The position numbers were made by a program, and so were the translations under genes. From NCBI GenBank assembly GCA_963751455.1, contig CAVVUN010000002.1, positions 96,001 to 160,000 on the forward strand: 64,000 nt of DNA, read 5' to 3'. Position 1 is the stretch's first letter. Each line of letters starts with the position of its first letter. The DNA comes from Nitrospirota bacterium. GTDB lineage: Bacteria > Nitrospirota > UBA9217. Shown here in pieces: positions 63,778 to 64,000 of this stretch. The notes beneath the pieces were generated by a model. The model searched no databases. It was given only the letters and a program-made list of their open reading frames with translations, and had not been told where the DNA came from.

Positions 63778-64000
63778 CTACGCTTTTTCCGAAGCAGTCT
63801 GCCGGATTGCTGTTGGCGCTGATACCACATACCCCATGAGCGTGCCGATCAGGCCGCCGATCACCAGGTTCACCGCTGCTGCAGCTGCGATGCCGACCAT
63901 AATCCCGATGACCACCGCTGCCCGCACGAAGAGCGTCGGTTCCACCGCACCCATCAGCTTCTGCAGAAGAATCAAAGTCCCGAACGATCCGAAGTAGAAC
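63778..64000 (-). CDS. Hypothetical membrane protein, 3' part (runs off the window)
   Basis: Open hydrophobic frame to the window edge; stop followed by a hairpin. Confidence 0.6.
   Translation of the reverse strand, partial: FYFGSFGTLILLQKLMGAVEPTLFVRAAVVIGIMVGIAAAAAVNLVIGGLIGTLMGYVVSAPTAIRQTASEKA

Overview
A 64 kb bacterial chromosomal window, roughly 50-55% GC by eye. Gene content and order suggest an anaerobic Nitrospirota- or Desulfobacterota-like organism (inference only). Housekeeping blocks are bamA-HK-surA-sppA-recN-vorB-cysK-nifS, ntrX-like RR-ABC-GH57-uppS, and rpsU-der-leuS-lptE-holA-rpsT-murJ-ogt-guaB. They surround a ~15.5 kb accessory island (20.4-35.9 kb) for sulfur/selenium trafficking. 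The main result, hidden from the ORF track, is six genes with an in-frame UGA, each followed by a bacterial SECIS-like hairpin: a dual-CxxC mini-protein, two paralogous thioredoxin-like NDPMGKxU proteins, a DsrE/TusD (UxxC) heading a DsrEFH trio, SelD (UxxK), and outside the island an O6-alkylguanine methyltransferase (PUHRV). The island also encodes TusA-like, SQR, DsrE2-like, MMPL/LolA-like, outer-membrane, orphan LpdA, TauE and methyltransferase proteins, three Cys-rich ArsR repressors with candidate operators, and an unannotated CGCGCGC peptide. Intergenic DNA is dense in REP-like palindromes, TTAA-flanked MITE-like elements and heptamer repeats. An IS481-type element sits inside one palindrome, and a toxin-antitoxin cluster ends the window. 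Frameshifts in essential genes (leuS, holA, bamA) indicate indel sequencing errors, so frameshift-based claims are weak.
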